From: an uncultured delta proteobacterium
GTDB lineage: Bacteria > Desulfobacterota > Binatia > UBA9968
DNA: 64,000 nt
Assembly (NCBI GenBank): GCA_963728565.1
Contig: CAVSLC010000005.1
Location: forward strand, 290,438 to 354,437
Direction: 5' to 3'
Made by a program: the position numbers and the translations under genes. Positions 9,721 through 21,557 of the stretch are shown in pieces (within the stretch, counting starts at the first letter, position 1; every line of letters starts with the position of its first letter). The notes under the pieces are model-generated. The model did no database searches, was not told where the DNA came from, and saw only the letters and a list, made by a program, of their open reading frames with translations.

Positions 9721-11098
9721 CCCTGTACTCTTCCAATTTTCGATAAAGGGTCGTCCGATCTACGCCCAGTATCCGGGCCGCTTCGGCTTTATTCCCATAC
9801 GTGCTCTCGATGACCCGCAAAATATATTCTCTTTCCAGATCTCTGAGAGTGTACCCGTTTGCCACAGCGGCCGCGAGCGGCACAGAACTTCCGTCACTAA
9901 CCTGCGACTGCAATGGTAAATCTTTCAAGCCGATGCTGGTCTCTTTGCCAAGCAGCACCGCTCGCTCCATGGTGTGCTCCAACTCCCGCACGTTTCCCGG
10001 CCAGCGGTAATTCATCAGCGCAGCCAGCGCCTCCTGATCGATCGAGTCTATTTTTCGGTTCGCCTGAGGCGCAAATTTGTGCAGGAAGTGCTCCGCGAGA
10101 AGCGGAATATCTTCCGACCGCTCGCGTAGCGGCGGCAATTCGATGCGAATAACATTCAGCCGGTAATAGAGGTCCTGCCGGAACCGGCCTTGTTCGACCA
10201 AATGTTCAAGATCGAGGTTACACGCTGAAACAATGCGTGTGTCGACTTTTTCGGACTGATTAGCTCCCAACGGCCTCACTTCCTTGTCTTCGATGACGCG
10301 TAACAGCTTGGCCTGCAGATTGATGGGAATCTCGCTGATTTCATCGAGAAAAAGGATGCCGCCGCTGGCTTCCTGGAAGAGTCCGCGCCGGTCTTTGCGC
10401 GCATCGGTGAAGGTGCCGCGCAGATAGCCAAAGAGCTCGCTCTCAAGCAGGGTCTCCGGGACGGCAGCGCAGTTGAGCGGTATAAACGGCCCTTGGGCGC
10501 GCCAGCTATGATGGTGAATCGCGCGCGCCACCATTTCCTTGCCGGTGCCGCTTTCACCGAGGATGAGGACATTGGCGGCAAGCTCGCTGGTTTGCCGGAC
10601 GATTGAGAAAACTTCCCGCATCTTCTCGCTCTTGCCGATGATGTTCTCAAAACTGTTGCGCTCCAGTATCTCACTGCGGAGCCGCTGCACTTCTTCACAG
10701 AGCCGGCGCTGCTGCAGCCCGCGGCTCACATGTAAAATCATTTCGTCGGTGCGAAACGGTTTACTCACATAGTGAAAGGCGCCCGCTTTCATTGCCTCGA
10801 CTGCGCTTTCAATGCTGCCAAAGGCCGTGATCAAAAGGATTACCGCTTCGGGATCGATCCCTTTAACCTCTTTAACCAGTTCCGTGCCGCGCATTCGTGG
10901 CATCATCAAATCGGTGATCATCAAGTCGCAGCCCTTTGTGCGAAACTTCTCCAGCGCGGATCGCCCGTCATGCACGGCTTCAACGAAATAGCCTTCTTCG
11001 GCCAGCACATCGACGAGCAGCTGGCACATCTGCCGATCATCATCGACAATCAGGATCCGGCCGCGCGTAGCGGCGGGTAGTTTAGAGTCGGCTGCCAT
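9710..11098 (-). CDS. Sigma-54-dependent response regulator (NtrC/AtoC/ZraR family)
   Basis: REC domain (ILIVDDD, TDLMMP), AAA+ Walker A GESGTGKE, ESELFG and GTFTDA loop, WPGNVREL, Fis-type HTH (AARILGVDRTTLYRK). Confidence 0.93.
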   Translation of the reverse strand: MAADSKLPAATRGRILIVDDDRQMCQLLVDVLAEEGYFVEAVHDGRSALEKFRTKGCDLMITDLMMPRMRGTELVKEVKGIDPEAVILLITAFGSIESAVEAMKAGAFHYVSKPFRTDEMILHVSRGLQQRRLCEEVQRLRSEILERNSFENIIGKSEKMREVFSIVRQTSELAANVLILGESGTGKEMVARAIHHHSWRAQGPFIPLNCAAVPETLLESELFGYLRGTFTDARKDRRGLFQEASGGILFLDEISEIPINLQAKLLRVIEDKEVRPLGANQSEKVDTRIVSACNLDLEHLVEQGRFRQDLYYRLNVIRIELPPLRERSEDIPLLAEHFLHKFAPQANRKIDSIDQEALAALMNYRWPGNVRELEHTMERAVLLGKETSIGLKDLPLQSQVSDGSSVPLAAAVANGYTLRDLEREYILRVIESTYGNKAEAARILGVDRTTLYRKLEEYRVKT

Positions 11099-12614
11099 TT
11101 TCCAGATTGCCCTGAGCCGGCGCTCCTTTCTGTTGTCGTTGAGGCAGATGGATCAGGAAGCGAGTATACTTTCCAGGTTCGCTTTCTACGGTAATCTCGC
11201 CGCCGTGCTCTTTAATGATGCCGTAGGTTACCGCCAACCCGAGTCCGGCTCCTTCGCCGACATCCTTGGTAGTAAAAAAAGGATCGAATACATGATCAAT
11301 GATTTCGGGCGCGATACCGATCCCGTTATCTTCAAAGACAATTCGAACGCCACCTTGGCCGTCAATAGAGGGCGCGGATGAGGCGCGAATTTTGATCGCT
11401 CCCTCGGGGCCAAGCGCGTGGAGAGAATTGGCGAACAAATTGATGAACACTTGTTGGAGCAGATCCGGATCGGCTTGAATGAGCAACGGCTTCGGCGAGA
11501 CATGGATCTCAACCTTGAGGCTCTTGTCGAATAGTTGGTGTTCCAGAAGATAACGCACATGGTTGATCAACTCCGATAAGTCGACCGATCGAAACATGGG
11601 TTCCCGACGGCGGGAAAACTCCAGTAGTTGGCGTACGATGGCGGTGATGCGATCGCTTTGCGAGCGGATCACCTCGAGATTACCGCTAAGTTCTTCGCTG
11701 CTGCGCGGCCGGCGCAACAGGTATTCAGCTCTGCCTCGAACGATGCTCAATGGAGTGCCGATCTCATGGGCAAGACCCGCGGCCAAGTGACCTACCGATG
11801 CCAAACGTTCAGAGTGGCGCAGATCTCTTTCTAGCTTTAGCTTTTGTTGCTGCTCTTCCAAGAATTTGGAATAACTCCGATTGAGTTCTTCCGACATGGT
11901 GTTGAACTCTCCAGCCAGCGCGGCAATTTCGTCCCGACCTTTGATCTCGATGCGCTGCCCCCAACGGCCGCGGCCGATCTCCCGAACGCGCTGCACCAGC
12001 TGATCGATGGGCCGGGTGATATTGCGGCGTACGATGATCAGAATGAGCACAGACAAAAGAATGACCAGTGCCGCGCTGGTTCCGATGATTCGCTGACGTC
12101 GCGCTTCGATGTTGCTAATCAACTGAGAGCCTTGACGCGCTAAGACAAAGGCGCCGGCAATCCGGCCATCGCGCGCGCTAAACGGCTCGATACGGTAGTA
12201 GACCAAAATGCCACTTTCGCGAACATAACCCTCCACCCCGTTGGGTTCCCCGAGAGCTGGTCGCGGATCCAGTTCGAGAATGGCAGCAGGGTGCAGTTCG
12301 GCAAAATCGTCAGGATACCTAAGCGAGGATGAGACCGCTACGCGCTCGGCATTAGCGTTATAGACAATCAGGCCGTGAATATTTCCTCGTGGCCCGACCG
12401 TATCGGCGAATTCCTGAGTTGCATTAAGATTGTGACCATCGGCATACAGATCCCGGAGAACAGCGTGAATGGCTCGGGAGAAACCGCGCATGCCGACCCG
12501 CATTTCCCTCATGGCGTTTTCTCGATCCTGCTGAATACTCAGGTAGCCGTGAACAGTCATCGTCACCAGGATGATGACGACCAATGAGACGATCAATTTT
12601 GTTCCAAGTTTCAT
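11082..12614 (-). CDS. Membrane sensor histidine kinase (2 TM, periplasmic domain, HAMP, HisKA, HATPase)
   Basis: TM1 LIVSLVVIILV, TM2 ALVILLSVLILIIV, HAMP (GRDEIAALAGEFNTM), LAHEIGTPL H-box, FDPFFTTK and GAGLGL boxes; overlaps the regulator by 17 nt. Confidence 0.92.
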   Translation of the reverse strand: MKLGTKLIVSLVVIILVTMTVHGYLSIQQDRENAMREMRVGMRGFSRAIHAVLRDLYADGHNLNATQEFADTVGPRGNIHGLIVYNANAERVAVSSSLRYPDDFAELHPAAILELDPRPALGEPNGVEGYVRESGILVYYRIEPFSARDGRIAGAFVLARQGSQLISNIEARRQRIIGTSAALVILLSVLILIIVRRNITRPIDQLVQRVREIGRGRWGQRIEIKGRDEIAALAGEFNTMSEELNRSYSKFLEEQQQKLKLERDLRHSERLASVGHLAAGLAHEIGTPLSIVRGRAEYLLRRPRSSEELSGNLEVIRSQSDRITAIVRQLLEFSRRREPMFRSVDLSELINHVRYLLEHQLFDKSLKVEIHVSPKPLLIQADPDLLQQVFINLFANSLHALGPEGAIKIRASSAPSIDGQGGVRIVFEDNGIGIAPEIIDHVFDPFFTTKDVGEGAGLGLAVTYGIIKEHGGEITVESEPGKYTRFLIHLPQRQQKGAPAQGNLENGSRL

Positions 12615-12727
12615 GCACGTAGTTTCGCAGTCTCGAAGGAGCAAGGCCTATACCGCGTTCATCGCTAATCGCAGCAGCGTTAAAATCAAAGTCTCGCCAT
12701 AATTCGCATAAAAATATCGACGAACTG

Positions 12728-12761
12728 TGTGGCAACTTACGACAGCGTGTGGTTTTTCACA
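12728..12761. promoter_or_regulatory. Putative upstream activator sites for a sigma-54 activator
   Basis: TGT-N11-ACA (TGTGGCAACTTACGACA, 12728-12744) followed by TGTG-GTTTTT-CACA (12748-12761), about 160-190 bp upstream of the -24/-12 element. Confidence 0.45.
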
Positions 12762-12783
12762 ATCATTGAAATTTATCTCGTTT

Positions 12784-12796
12784 ATTCAAGCAATTG
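12784..12796 (+). promoter_or_regulatory. Putative IHF site
   Basis: ATTCAAGCAATTG has one mismatch to WATCAANNNNTTR, is preceded by an AT-rich tract, and lies between the activator sites and the sigma-54 promoter. Confidence 0.45.
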
Positions 12797-12920
12797 AGAC
12801 TATTGCACGGGCGCACAGGCTCTTAGCGCGTTGCATATTACAACGGAAAGAATCGCCGAGCCCGGCGCAAAGCCACTGAAACATTCGCGTTTATTGCAAA
12901 GAACATCAGCCGGGGCCTGC

Positions 12921-12936
12921 GGGCACGTCGCTTGCG
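12921..12936 (+). promoter_or_regulatory. Sigma-54 (-24/-12) promoter
   Basis: GGGCACGTCGCTTGCG matches TGGCACG-N4-TTGC with exact GG-N10-GC spacing. Confidence 0.75.
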
Positions 12937-13012
12937 TCTACTCCCGGATACCAATCGGCTATTCGGGATTGCGCAAACTTTCAGATTCGAAATTTAGAAA
13001 GGAGGAGATAAC

Positions 13013-13135
13013 ATGAAAAAATTGCTTTTGGCATTGTTGTTGGGAGTGACCGTCGTGAGTTCGATCGTCGATCTCGCCGCGCCCGTGAGCGCCCAAGATG
13101 AAGAACCCAAACCCAGGAAGCCCGAAACGGACTAA
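13013..13135 (+). CDS. Small secreted peptide, 40 aa (27-aa signal peptide plus 13-aa predicted mature peptide)
   Basis: AGGAGG RBS; MKKLLLALLLGVTVVSSIVDLAAPVSA|QDEEPKPRKPETD; classic n/h/c regions with a V-S-A cleavage site; flanked by a sigma-54 promoter and a terminator. Shorter than any ORF in the supplied track. Confidence 0.8.
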   Translation: MKKLLLALLLGVTVVSSIVDLAAPVSAQDEEPKPRKPETD

Positions 13136-13159
13136 TCCGTAGAAGTTGATCTCAGCTTG

Positions 13160-13190
13160 CAACAAGGGGGCTCTGTGCCCCCTTGTTGTT
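13160..13190. terminator. Intrinsic terminator, probably bidirectional
   Basis: CAACAAGGGGGC-TCTGT-GCCCCCTTGTTG 12-bp stem followed by T residues, between the convergent peptide gene and acylphosphatase. Confidence 0.75.
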
Positions 13191-13220
13191 TACGACAGGC
13201 CTCGTGAGATCTGCTGTCGG

Positions 13221-13508
13221 TTATCGTATTCGAAATTCATTAAACTCTCCTCGAAACTCGCGCCGCTGCAAATCCACTTCGTCGACTCGAGCTCCTGGCG
13301 GTCCCCGGCGGCACCAGTCGATAAGTTCTTCGATGCTATCCGATCGCCCTTCGGCCACCAGCTCCACTGAGCCATCGTGGCGATTCATGACCCAGCCGGT
13401 CAGGCCCAAGTGCCGTGCCTGTTGCGCCGTTGAAGCTCGGAAATAGACGCCCTGCACTCGACCTTTCACAATCAACCGAATACGCGCATGGGACGGAATG
13501 GTTGGCAT
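13221..13508 (-). CDS. acyP: Acylphosphatase
   Basis: VKGRVQGVYFR, GWVMNRHDGSVE, GPPGARV. Confidence 0.92.
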   Translation of the reverse strand: MPTIPSHARIRLIVKGRVQGVYFRASTAQQARHLGLTGWVMNRHDGSVELVAEGRSDSIEELIDWCRRGPPGARVDEVDLQRREFRGEFNEFRIR

Positions 13509-13580
13509 TGCTGCGGGTTTTTTAACCCAGCCACCGCTCTGGCGCAAGCCGGTTGACTCAGCGTGCGGCCGCAAAATTAT

Positions 13581-13610
13581 TTGACAACCGGCCCGCAGTT
13601 TCGATAGGCT
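13581..13610 (+). promoter_or_regulatory. Putative sigma-70 promoter of the RRM gene
   Basis: TTGACA-18nt-TAGGCT. Confidence 0.45.
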
Positions 13611-13732
13611 TTCGCCGGTTCTAAGGGTTTACCGAAGAGCCCGTGCCGTGGTCCTCCAGACCGATTTAGGCCCTGCCCTTTGGCGACTCGATCCGCGCAA
13701 ATGCGCACTCGTGAATCAAACAGGAGGGTCTG

Positions 13733-14044
13733 ATGGGAGCCAAATTGTATGTCGGCAATTTGCCGTATTCGGTGACCGAAGAGAGATTGCAGCAGCATTT
13801 TGCGCAGCACGGCTCGGTGATCAGCGCTCGTATCGTTACCGATAAGTTCACGGGCCGTTCCAAAGGTTTCGGCTTTGTCGAGATGAGTTCCGATGCTGAA
13901 GCCGAGCGCGCCATTAATGCTCTGAACGGAACCGATTTCGAAGGACGTAACGTGGTCGTCAGCGAGGCTCGTCCGCAGGCGCCGCGAGAGTCTGGCTTCG
14001 GTGGCGGCGGAGGCGCCGGCAGACCCCGTCGGGATCGTTACTGA
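13733..14044 (+). CDS. RRM (RNP-1) RNA-binding protein with Gly-rich tail
   Basis: RNP2 KLYVGNL, RNP1 KGFGFVEM, GGGGG tail; AGGAGG RBS. Confidence 0.93.
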   Translation: MGAKLYVGNLPYSVTEERLQQHFAQHGSVISARIVTDKFTGRSKGFGFVEMSSDAEAERAINALNGTDFEGRNVVVSEARPQAPRESGFGGGGGAGRPRRDRY

Positions 14045-16145
<2,101 letters not shown>

Positions 16146-16161
16146 TCATTGACCGACTCTG

Positions 16162-17932
16162 GTGAGTATGTTAACCAAGTCGATGATGAGAACACGGTTT
16201 TACGGGAGCGCTGTCGGAATTTTGATCTTGTCCGGTTGCGCCTTCCGCAGTCCCGTGATCAAAGCTCCCGCCAACGGGCTGTTCGGAACTTCTGAAGCCC
16301 CTTTCGTGCAGCACCAACGAGTCGAGGTCCCGGCTGAATCCAAAGGTCTTTCGCACTTCATGAAGGGCAACCTTCTGCTTGGCGAAGGCAGATTTGATGA
16401 AGCTCTCGCGGAATTCGAGAGCGCTGCGGACGTCAACCCCGAAGATGCGTTCCTGCGCTTTCGCTTAGCCACTCTTTACGTCAGGAAAGGCGATCTTAAA
16501 CGAGGGCTGGTGGAAGCTGAGGCTGCAAGACGGATGGACCCCAATAGCCTGGAAAACCGTTTGCTACTGGCCGGGCTCTATTCATCCCTGGGAGAAAATC
16601 AGAAGGGCATCGCCGAATACCACGAAGTTCTCAAACTCGATCCGAAGAACCAGGAGGCTCTGCTGTACTTAGGCGCGCTCTACTTACAAAACGACGACAA
16701 CTCTCGAGCAACCGAAATGCTCGATAATCTGCTGAAGCTCGACAGCGACTCGGTACTGGGTCACTATTATCTCGGGCGTGTGCGCGCCAAGACCAAGCTC
16801 TATCTAGCGGCCGAGCAGAGCTACCGCAGAGCCTTGGAGTTGAATCCCAAGTCTGAAGCGGTGCTGATGGACTTGGCGCTAGTCTATGAACTGCAGGGCA
16901 AGACCGAAGAGGCCATTCAGACCTACCAAAAACTCCTCGGACTGAATGCGCAGAATGTTTGGGCGCGAAAACGGCTGGGCGAGCTATACGTCGGCCAAAA
17001 CAAATTGGACGATGCTCTGGCGCAGTTCGAAAATTTGAAAAGCAACGAAGCGGATCCGCGCGAAACACGGATCAAAATCGGACTCATTTTCTACGAAAAG
17101 GGCGACTTCGAACGGGCCGCTACCGAATTCAATCTGGTTTTGGCCGGTGATCCCGAGAACGACCGGGCGCGGTACTATCTCGGCGCCACCTATGTCGAAT
17201 TAAAGGCCGATGAAAAGGCGCTGGCCGAGTTTTCAAGAATTGCCGAGAAGAGCGACTTGTATTTAGACAGTCGTTTGCAGATGGCCTATCTCTATGAGCG
17301 CACCGAACAGTTACAAAAAGCCATCGATTCGGTTCAATCGGTGCTGCGAAAGAAAAGCGACCGCAAAGAAGTCTATGCGTTTCTTTCGAGCTTGTACCGG
17401 AAGGCCAAGGATTTCCCCAAAGCCATTGAGGCAATGGAGCGCGTAATCGTGCTGGATCCGAAGAGTGATCAGGCCTATTTCCAATTGGGAGCGCTGCACG
17501 ACGAAGCCAAGAACAAAGAGCAAAGCGTCGCCAACATGAAACGGGCCATCGAGCTCAATCCGAAGAACGCCGCGGCGCTTAACTATCTCGGCTATACCTG
17601 GGCGGAGATGGGCGTGCAGCTCGATGAAGCGGAACAGTTGATACAGCGAGCGCTTGCAAATTGAGCCTAACGACGGCTTTTATATCGACAGTCTCGGCTG
17701 GGTATACTTTCAGAAAGGTGACTACACCAGTGCGGTCGAACAGTTAGAGCGCGCCGTGGCTATCACGGTCGATGATCCGACCATCATCGAGCATCTCGGC
17801 GATGCTTACGTAAAAGTTGGAAAATCCGATCGTGCCTTGTTGCGCTATCGCGAGGCGATGCAAAAATCGAAAGAAGACGATCAAGTCAAACGAATCCGTG
17901 AAAAGATCGAGCGCCTGGAGAAAAAAATTTGA
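16162..17932 (+). CDS. TPR-repeat lipoprotein; frameshift near 17655
   Basis: Lipobox LSGC, many TPRs, ALNYLGY continuing into DSLGWVY and IIEHLGD in ORF 17654-17932. Confidence 0.82.
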
Positions 17933-18750
17933 CGGCGTCTCTGCGGCGCGGGTTATCCGGTCGCGCGCGGAATCTCGTTCTTTGTTGCTGGCAGCAGTTT
18001 GCGACGATTATCGGCTGTGCCACCGTCACTCCGCCGGCAGCCAAGCCACAGCTCCCGGCCAAACAGTGGCAAGCCGGCGAGCTGATCAACTCCCTAAGCA
18101 AGCGTCATGAACAATTTCGCACGTTGCGCGCTTTAGCCCGGCTTGATTATGCCGGGCCGGACGGTAAGGGCAATGTGCAAGAAGCAGTTCTGGTCCAGAG
18201 GCCGGACCGGCTCCGGCTGGAAACATTGACCTTCCTCGGCGCTGTCTTGATCGTTACCGTCAATGATCGAGAGATCATCGGATATCACCCGCGCGAGGGA
18301 ATCTTTGTGCGCGGACCGCGAACCAAGGAAAATTTGTTGCGCTATACACAAATTCCTCTCGAACTAGCCGAAATGACCGCGTTAATGTTGGGCTTGCCGC
18401 CGGTTGACACAGGCGCGCAGCTGCGGCAGGAGGGTCCCGCTCTGGTGTTCTCGCCAAACGGAACCAAGCAGGATGCCGTGACATTCGAGGCGCAAACCCC
18501 GGTCCCGACCAAATGGGAACGCTTTAATGACGCCGGCGCGGTGGAGTTAAGCGCCGAGTTTTTGGATTATATTTCAACGCCGGCCGGCCCATTTCCATCG
18601 AGGATCCGGATTGAGGCACATCTGCAGAAGCGAAAACTTGAGATCCGCTATCAACAGCCCGAGGTCAATGCTTCGCTCCCGCCGGAAATCTTTACACAGG
18701 AAAAGCCGGCTCATGCTGAGGAACTGCGGCTGGAGACTCTGGGCGGTTAG
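17929..18750 (+). CDS. Lipoprotein of LolA/LolB-like fold (DUF4292-like)
   Basis: IIGC lipobox; RPDRLRLE motif, beta-rich, C-terminal FPSRIRI...EIRY...N..LPPEIF. N-terminus uncertain. Confidence 0.55.
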   Translation: MTASLRRGLSGRARNLVLCCWQQFATIIGCATVTPPAAKPQLPAKQWQAGELINSLSKRHEQFRTLRALARLDYAGPDGKGNVQEAVLVQRPDRLRLETLTFLGAVLIVTVNDREIIGYHPREGIFVRGPRTKENLLRYTQIPLELAEMTALMLGLPPVDTGAQLRQEGPALVFSPNGTKQDAVTFEAQTPVPTKWERFNDAGAVELSAEFLDYISTPAGPFPSRIRIEAHLQKRKLEIRYQQPEVNASLPPEIFTQEKPAHAEELRLETLGG

Positions 18751-18752
18751 CG

Positions 18753-20529
18753 ATGCTTCTGACGAGAGGCTTGGCGGTCCTATTATCTTGTTTCCTGCTG
18801 ATCGGCTGCGGAGACAAGGGCGAAATTAGCGACGGCGGCTCCCAAGCCACAGTCGATGTCAAAAACCCCGGCCCGCCGGTCAGCGGCGACTGGTTGATCA
18901 TCCATGCCTTGAGCGATCCTGAACAGCTCAATCCCCTCACCAGCAACGACGCCGGTTCCAGCGAAGTCAATGGTTATATCTTCGAGGGTCTCTTAAGCCG
19001 CGACCCGCGTACTCTGGAGTTGAAGCCGCTGCTCGCGGAATCGAGACCGGAGATTTCGGATGATAAACTTAGCTATACTTTCAAGATTCGAAAAGATGCG
19101 CGGTTTCAGGACGGACGGCCCGGTTACCGGTGAGGATGTCCTCTTTAGCGTCAAGGCGATCAAGTGCCCGTTCGTCAATGCGCCCTTTCTAAGGGTCTAT
19201 TTCAACTCCGTCACTGATGCTCAGCTTATCGATCCTTTCACGATCCGATTCTTCATCAGAGAACCCTATTTTTTAAACGAGAGTGTGCTGGGTGGGGTGA
19301 CTGTGATGCCGCGTCATTACTACGACCGAGAGAACCTTTTGCACTCGATCACGGTGCGGCAGCTATCGCAAGATCCAACGAAATTACCCGCTGAGGTAAA
19401 GAAATTTGCCGAACTGTTTAACCGCAACTACAACCGAAATCCGCTCGGCTCCGGACCGTATAAGTTCAATCACTGGAAAACCGGCAGTGAAACCGAGCTG
19501 ACTCGCGACACAGATTATTGGGGTAACGGTAAAGAAGGAATCGACCAGCCCCACGTCGACAGGCTTAAATTTCGCGTGGTCAACAATATGGACGCGGCGC
19601 TCACCCGTCTCAAGAGCGGCAGTTTGGACTACATGGAGAGTTTGCAGCCGGTGCAGGTGGTGCGGGGGACTGGCAGTGAGCGATTCCAACGTCAATTCAA
19701 AAAATACGAGTACTATGCGCCAACCTACACCTATATCGGATGGAATAACGATCATCCGATATTTGGAGACAAACGAGTACGCCAGGCAATGACGTATCTC
19801 ACCAATCGCAAGCAAATCGTCGATACCGTGCTCTTCGGCCTGGGCGAGGTCGTTGACAGCCATATTTATCTTTTTCGGCCGGAATACGACAAAACTCTAG
19901 TGAGTTATCCTTTCGATCCCGCAAAAGCCCTCGCCTTGCTCAATGAAGCCGGTTGGAAAGACACCGATGGCGACGGCCTGCTTGACAAGGTGATCGACGG
20001 CACCCGAATTCCCCTGCGTTTTGAAATCAAAATCAACGCTGGAAATACGGTACGGGAAAGTATCGCGTTAGTGCTGATGGATGAGCTCAACAAGCATGGC
20101 ATCGCCGCGAGCGTGCGTCAGTTGGACTGGACGATATTTCTCAACGACGTCAAGAATCATCAGTTTGACGCCGTAGTCCTGGGTTGGGCGATGTCGACGA
20201 CCGAGCCCGATGCGTACCAGGTCTGGCACTCTTCTCAAGCGGCCAATAAAGGGTCCAATGCGATTAGCTACAAAAACCCGCGCGTGGATGAAATTCTGGA
20301 GCAGTACCGCCGCGAGTTCGACCCGCAAAAACGCATTGAGCTGTACAAAGAATTTCAGCAAATCTTGCATGACGAACAGCCTTACACGTTTCTTCACGTC
20401 CGAAAAACCGTTTCCGCGGTGCATCGTCGTTTCCAAGGTGTCGAAGTTTTTCCCGACGGGCTCAAGCCCATCGACTGGTGGGTGCCGGCGGCGCAACAAA
20501 AATACGCAAACAGCATCGCTGCGCAATGA
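18753..20529 (+). CDS. Peptide ABC transporter substrate-binding lipoprotein (family 5); frameshift near 19120
   Basis: LIGC lipobox, DPEQLNP, YTFKIRKDARFQDG joined to PVTGEDV, LGSGPYKF, DKRVRQAM. Confidence 0.88.
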
Positions 20530-21557
20530 CCGGCTATCTCATAAAGCGCCTGTTGCTGATGGTACCTACATTCATCGGCATTACCCTCATCGGATTTCTG
20601 ATCATGCGCCTTGCGCCCGGAGATCCCGCGGAACTGCGCGCGGCAGGCGGTCTTGGCGCAGCAGCAGGGGGCGGAATAGCGATGGAGAAACGTGGCTCGG
20701 TCGACGAAGCCATTGCGCAGTGGCGCGCGCAGTACGGACTCGATAAACCGCTTCACGTCCAATATCTGGTCTGGCTTAGAAATATCGCCACCCTAAGCTT
20801 CGGCGAATCCTTCAAAGACAATCAGTCGGTTTGGTCGAAGATCGCCGAACGCCTGCCGGTTACAGTTAAATTAAATTTTTGGTCGATAGTGGTGGTTTAT
20901 CTCGTCGCCATTCCTTTGGGCGTCTACTCGGCGACCCATCCAAATTCCTGGGGCGACCAGATCACGACGTTGGCGGCTTTCATTTTGTTTGCCGTGCCAT
21001 TGGTTTGGGCCGCGACCATGGCGATTGTGTTTATTTGTGGCGGGGATTTTTACTATCTGTTTCCGCCCGGCGGCCTGGAGTCGATTGATTTCTCCGATAA
21101 CTGGCCGATCTGGCGAAAACTCCAAGATCGCGCCTGGCACATATTCTTGCCGGTTGTTCTGCTCTCTTACGACGGCTTTGCCGGCCTGTCGCGCTACATG
21201 CGCGCGAGCATGCTGGAAGTGCTCGCGCAGGATTATGTCCAGGTCGCGCGCGCTAAAGGACTTTCGGAGAAAACGGTCATTTTCAAGCATGTGTTGCGCA
21301 ATTCCTTGATCCCGCAGGTAACGATATTAGCATCCATCCTGCCGGGGCTGATTGGCGGCAGCGTCATTATCGAAACTATTTTCTCGATTCCCGGGCTTGG
21401 ACAGCTTGGGTTTGAATCGGTCCTGGCGCGAGACTATCCCACGGTGCTGGCGCTCTTTACGGTTAGCGCGCTGCTTACGCTGATCGGCATTCTGATCTCC
21501 GATCTGCTTCTTGCCGCAGTGGACCCGCGCATCGTCTTTGGTCGACGACAGCAATGA
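20526..21557 (+). CDS. Peptide ABC permease (OppB/DppB family)
   Basis: LAPGDP, YGLDKPLHVQY, DYVQVARAKGL, HVLRNSLIP, IETIFSIPGLG. Confidence 0.9.
   Translation: MTGYLIKRLLLMVPTFIGITLIGFLIMRLAPGDPAELRAAGGLGAAAGGGIAMEKRGSVDEAIAQWRAQYGLDKPLHVQYLVWLRNIATLSFGESFKDNQSVWSKIAERLPVTVKLNFWSIVVVYLVAIPLGVYSATHPNSWGDQITTLAAFILFAVPLVWAATMAIVFICGGDFYYLFPPGGLESIDFSDNWPIWRKLQDRAWHIFLPVVLLSYDGFAGLSRYMRASMLEVLAQDYVQVARAKGLSEKTVIFKHVLRNSLIPQVTILASILPGLIGGSVIIETIFSIPGLGQLGFESVLARDYPTVLALFTVSALLTLIGILISDLLLAAVDPRIVFGRRQQ

Noticed and set aside
12959-13165. 68-aa minus-strand ORF and the 12831-13016 plus-strand ORF
   Set aside because: They overlap the better-supported signal-peptide sORF and its promoter, and lack an RBS or motifs.
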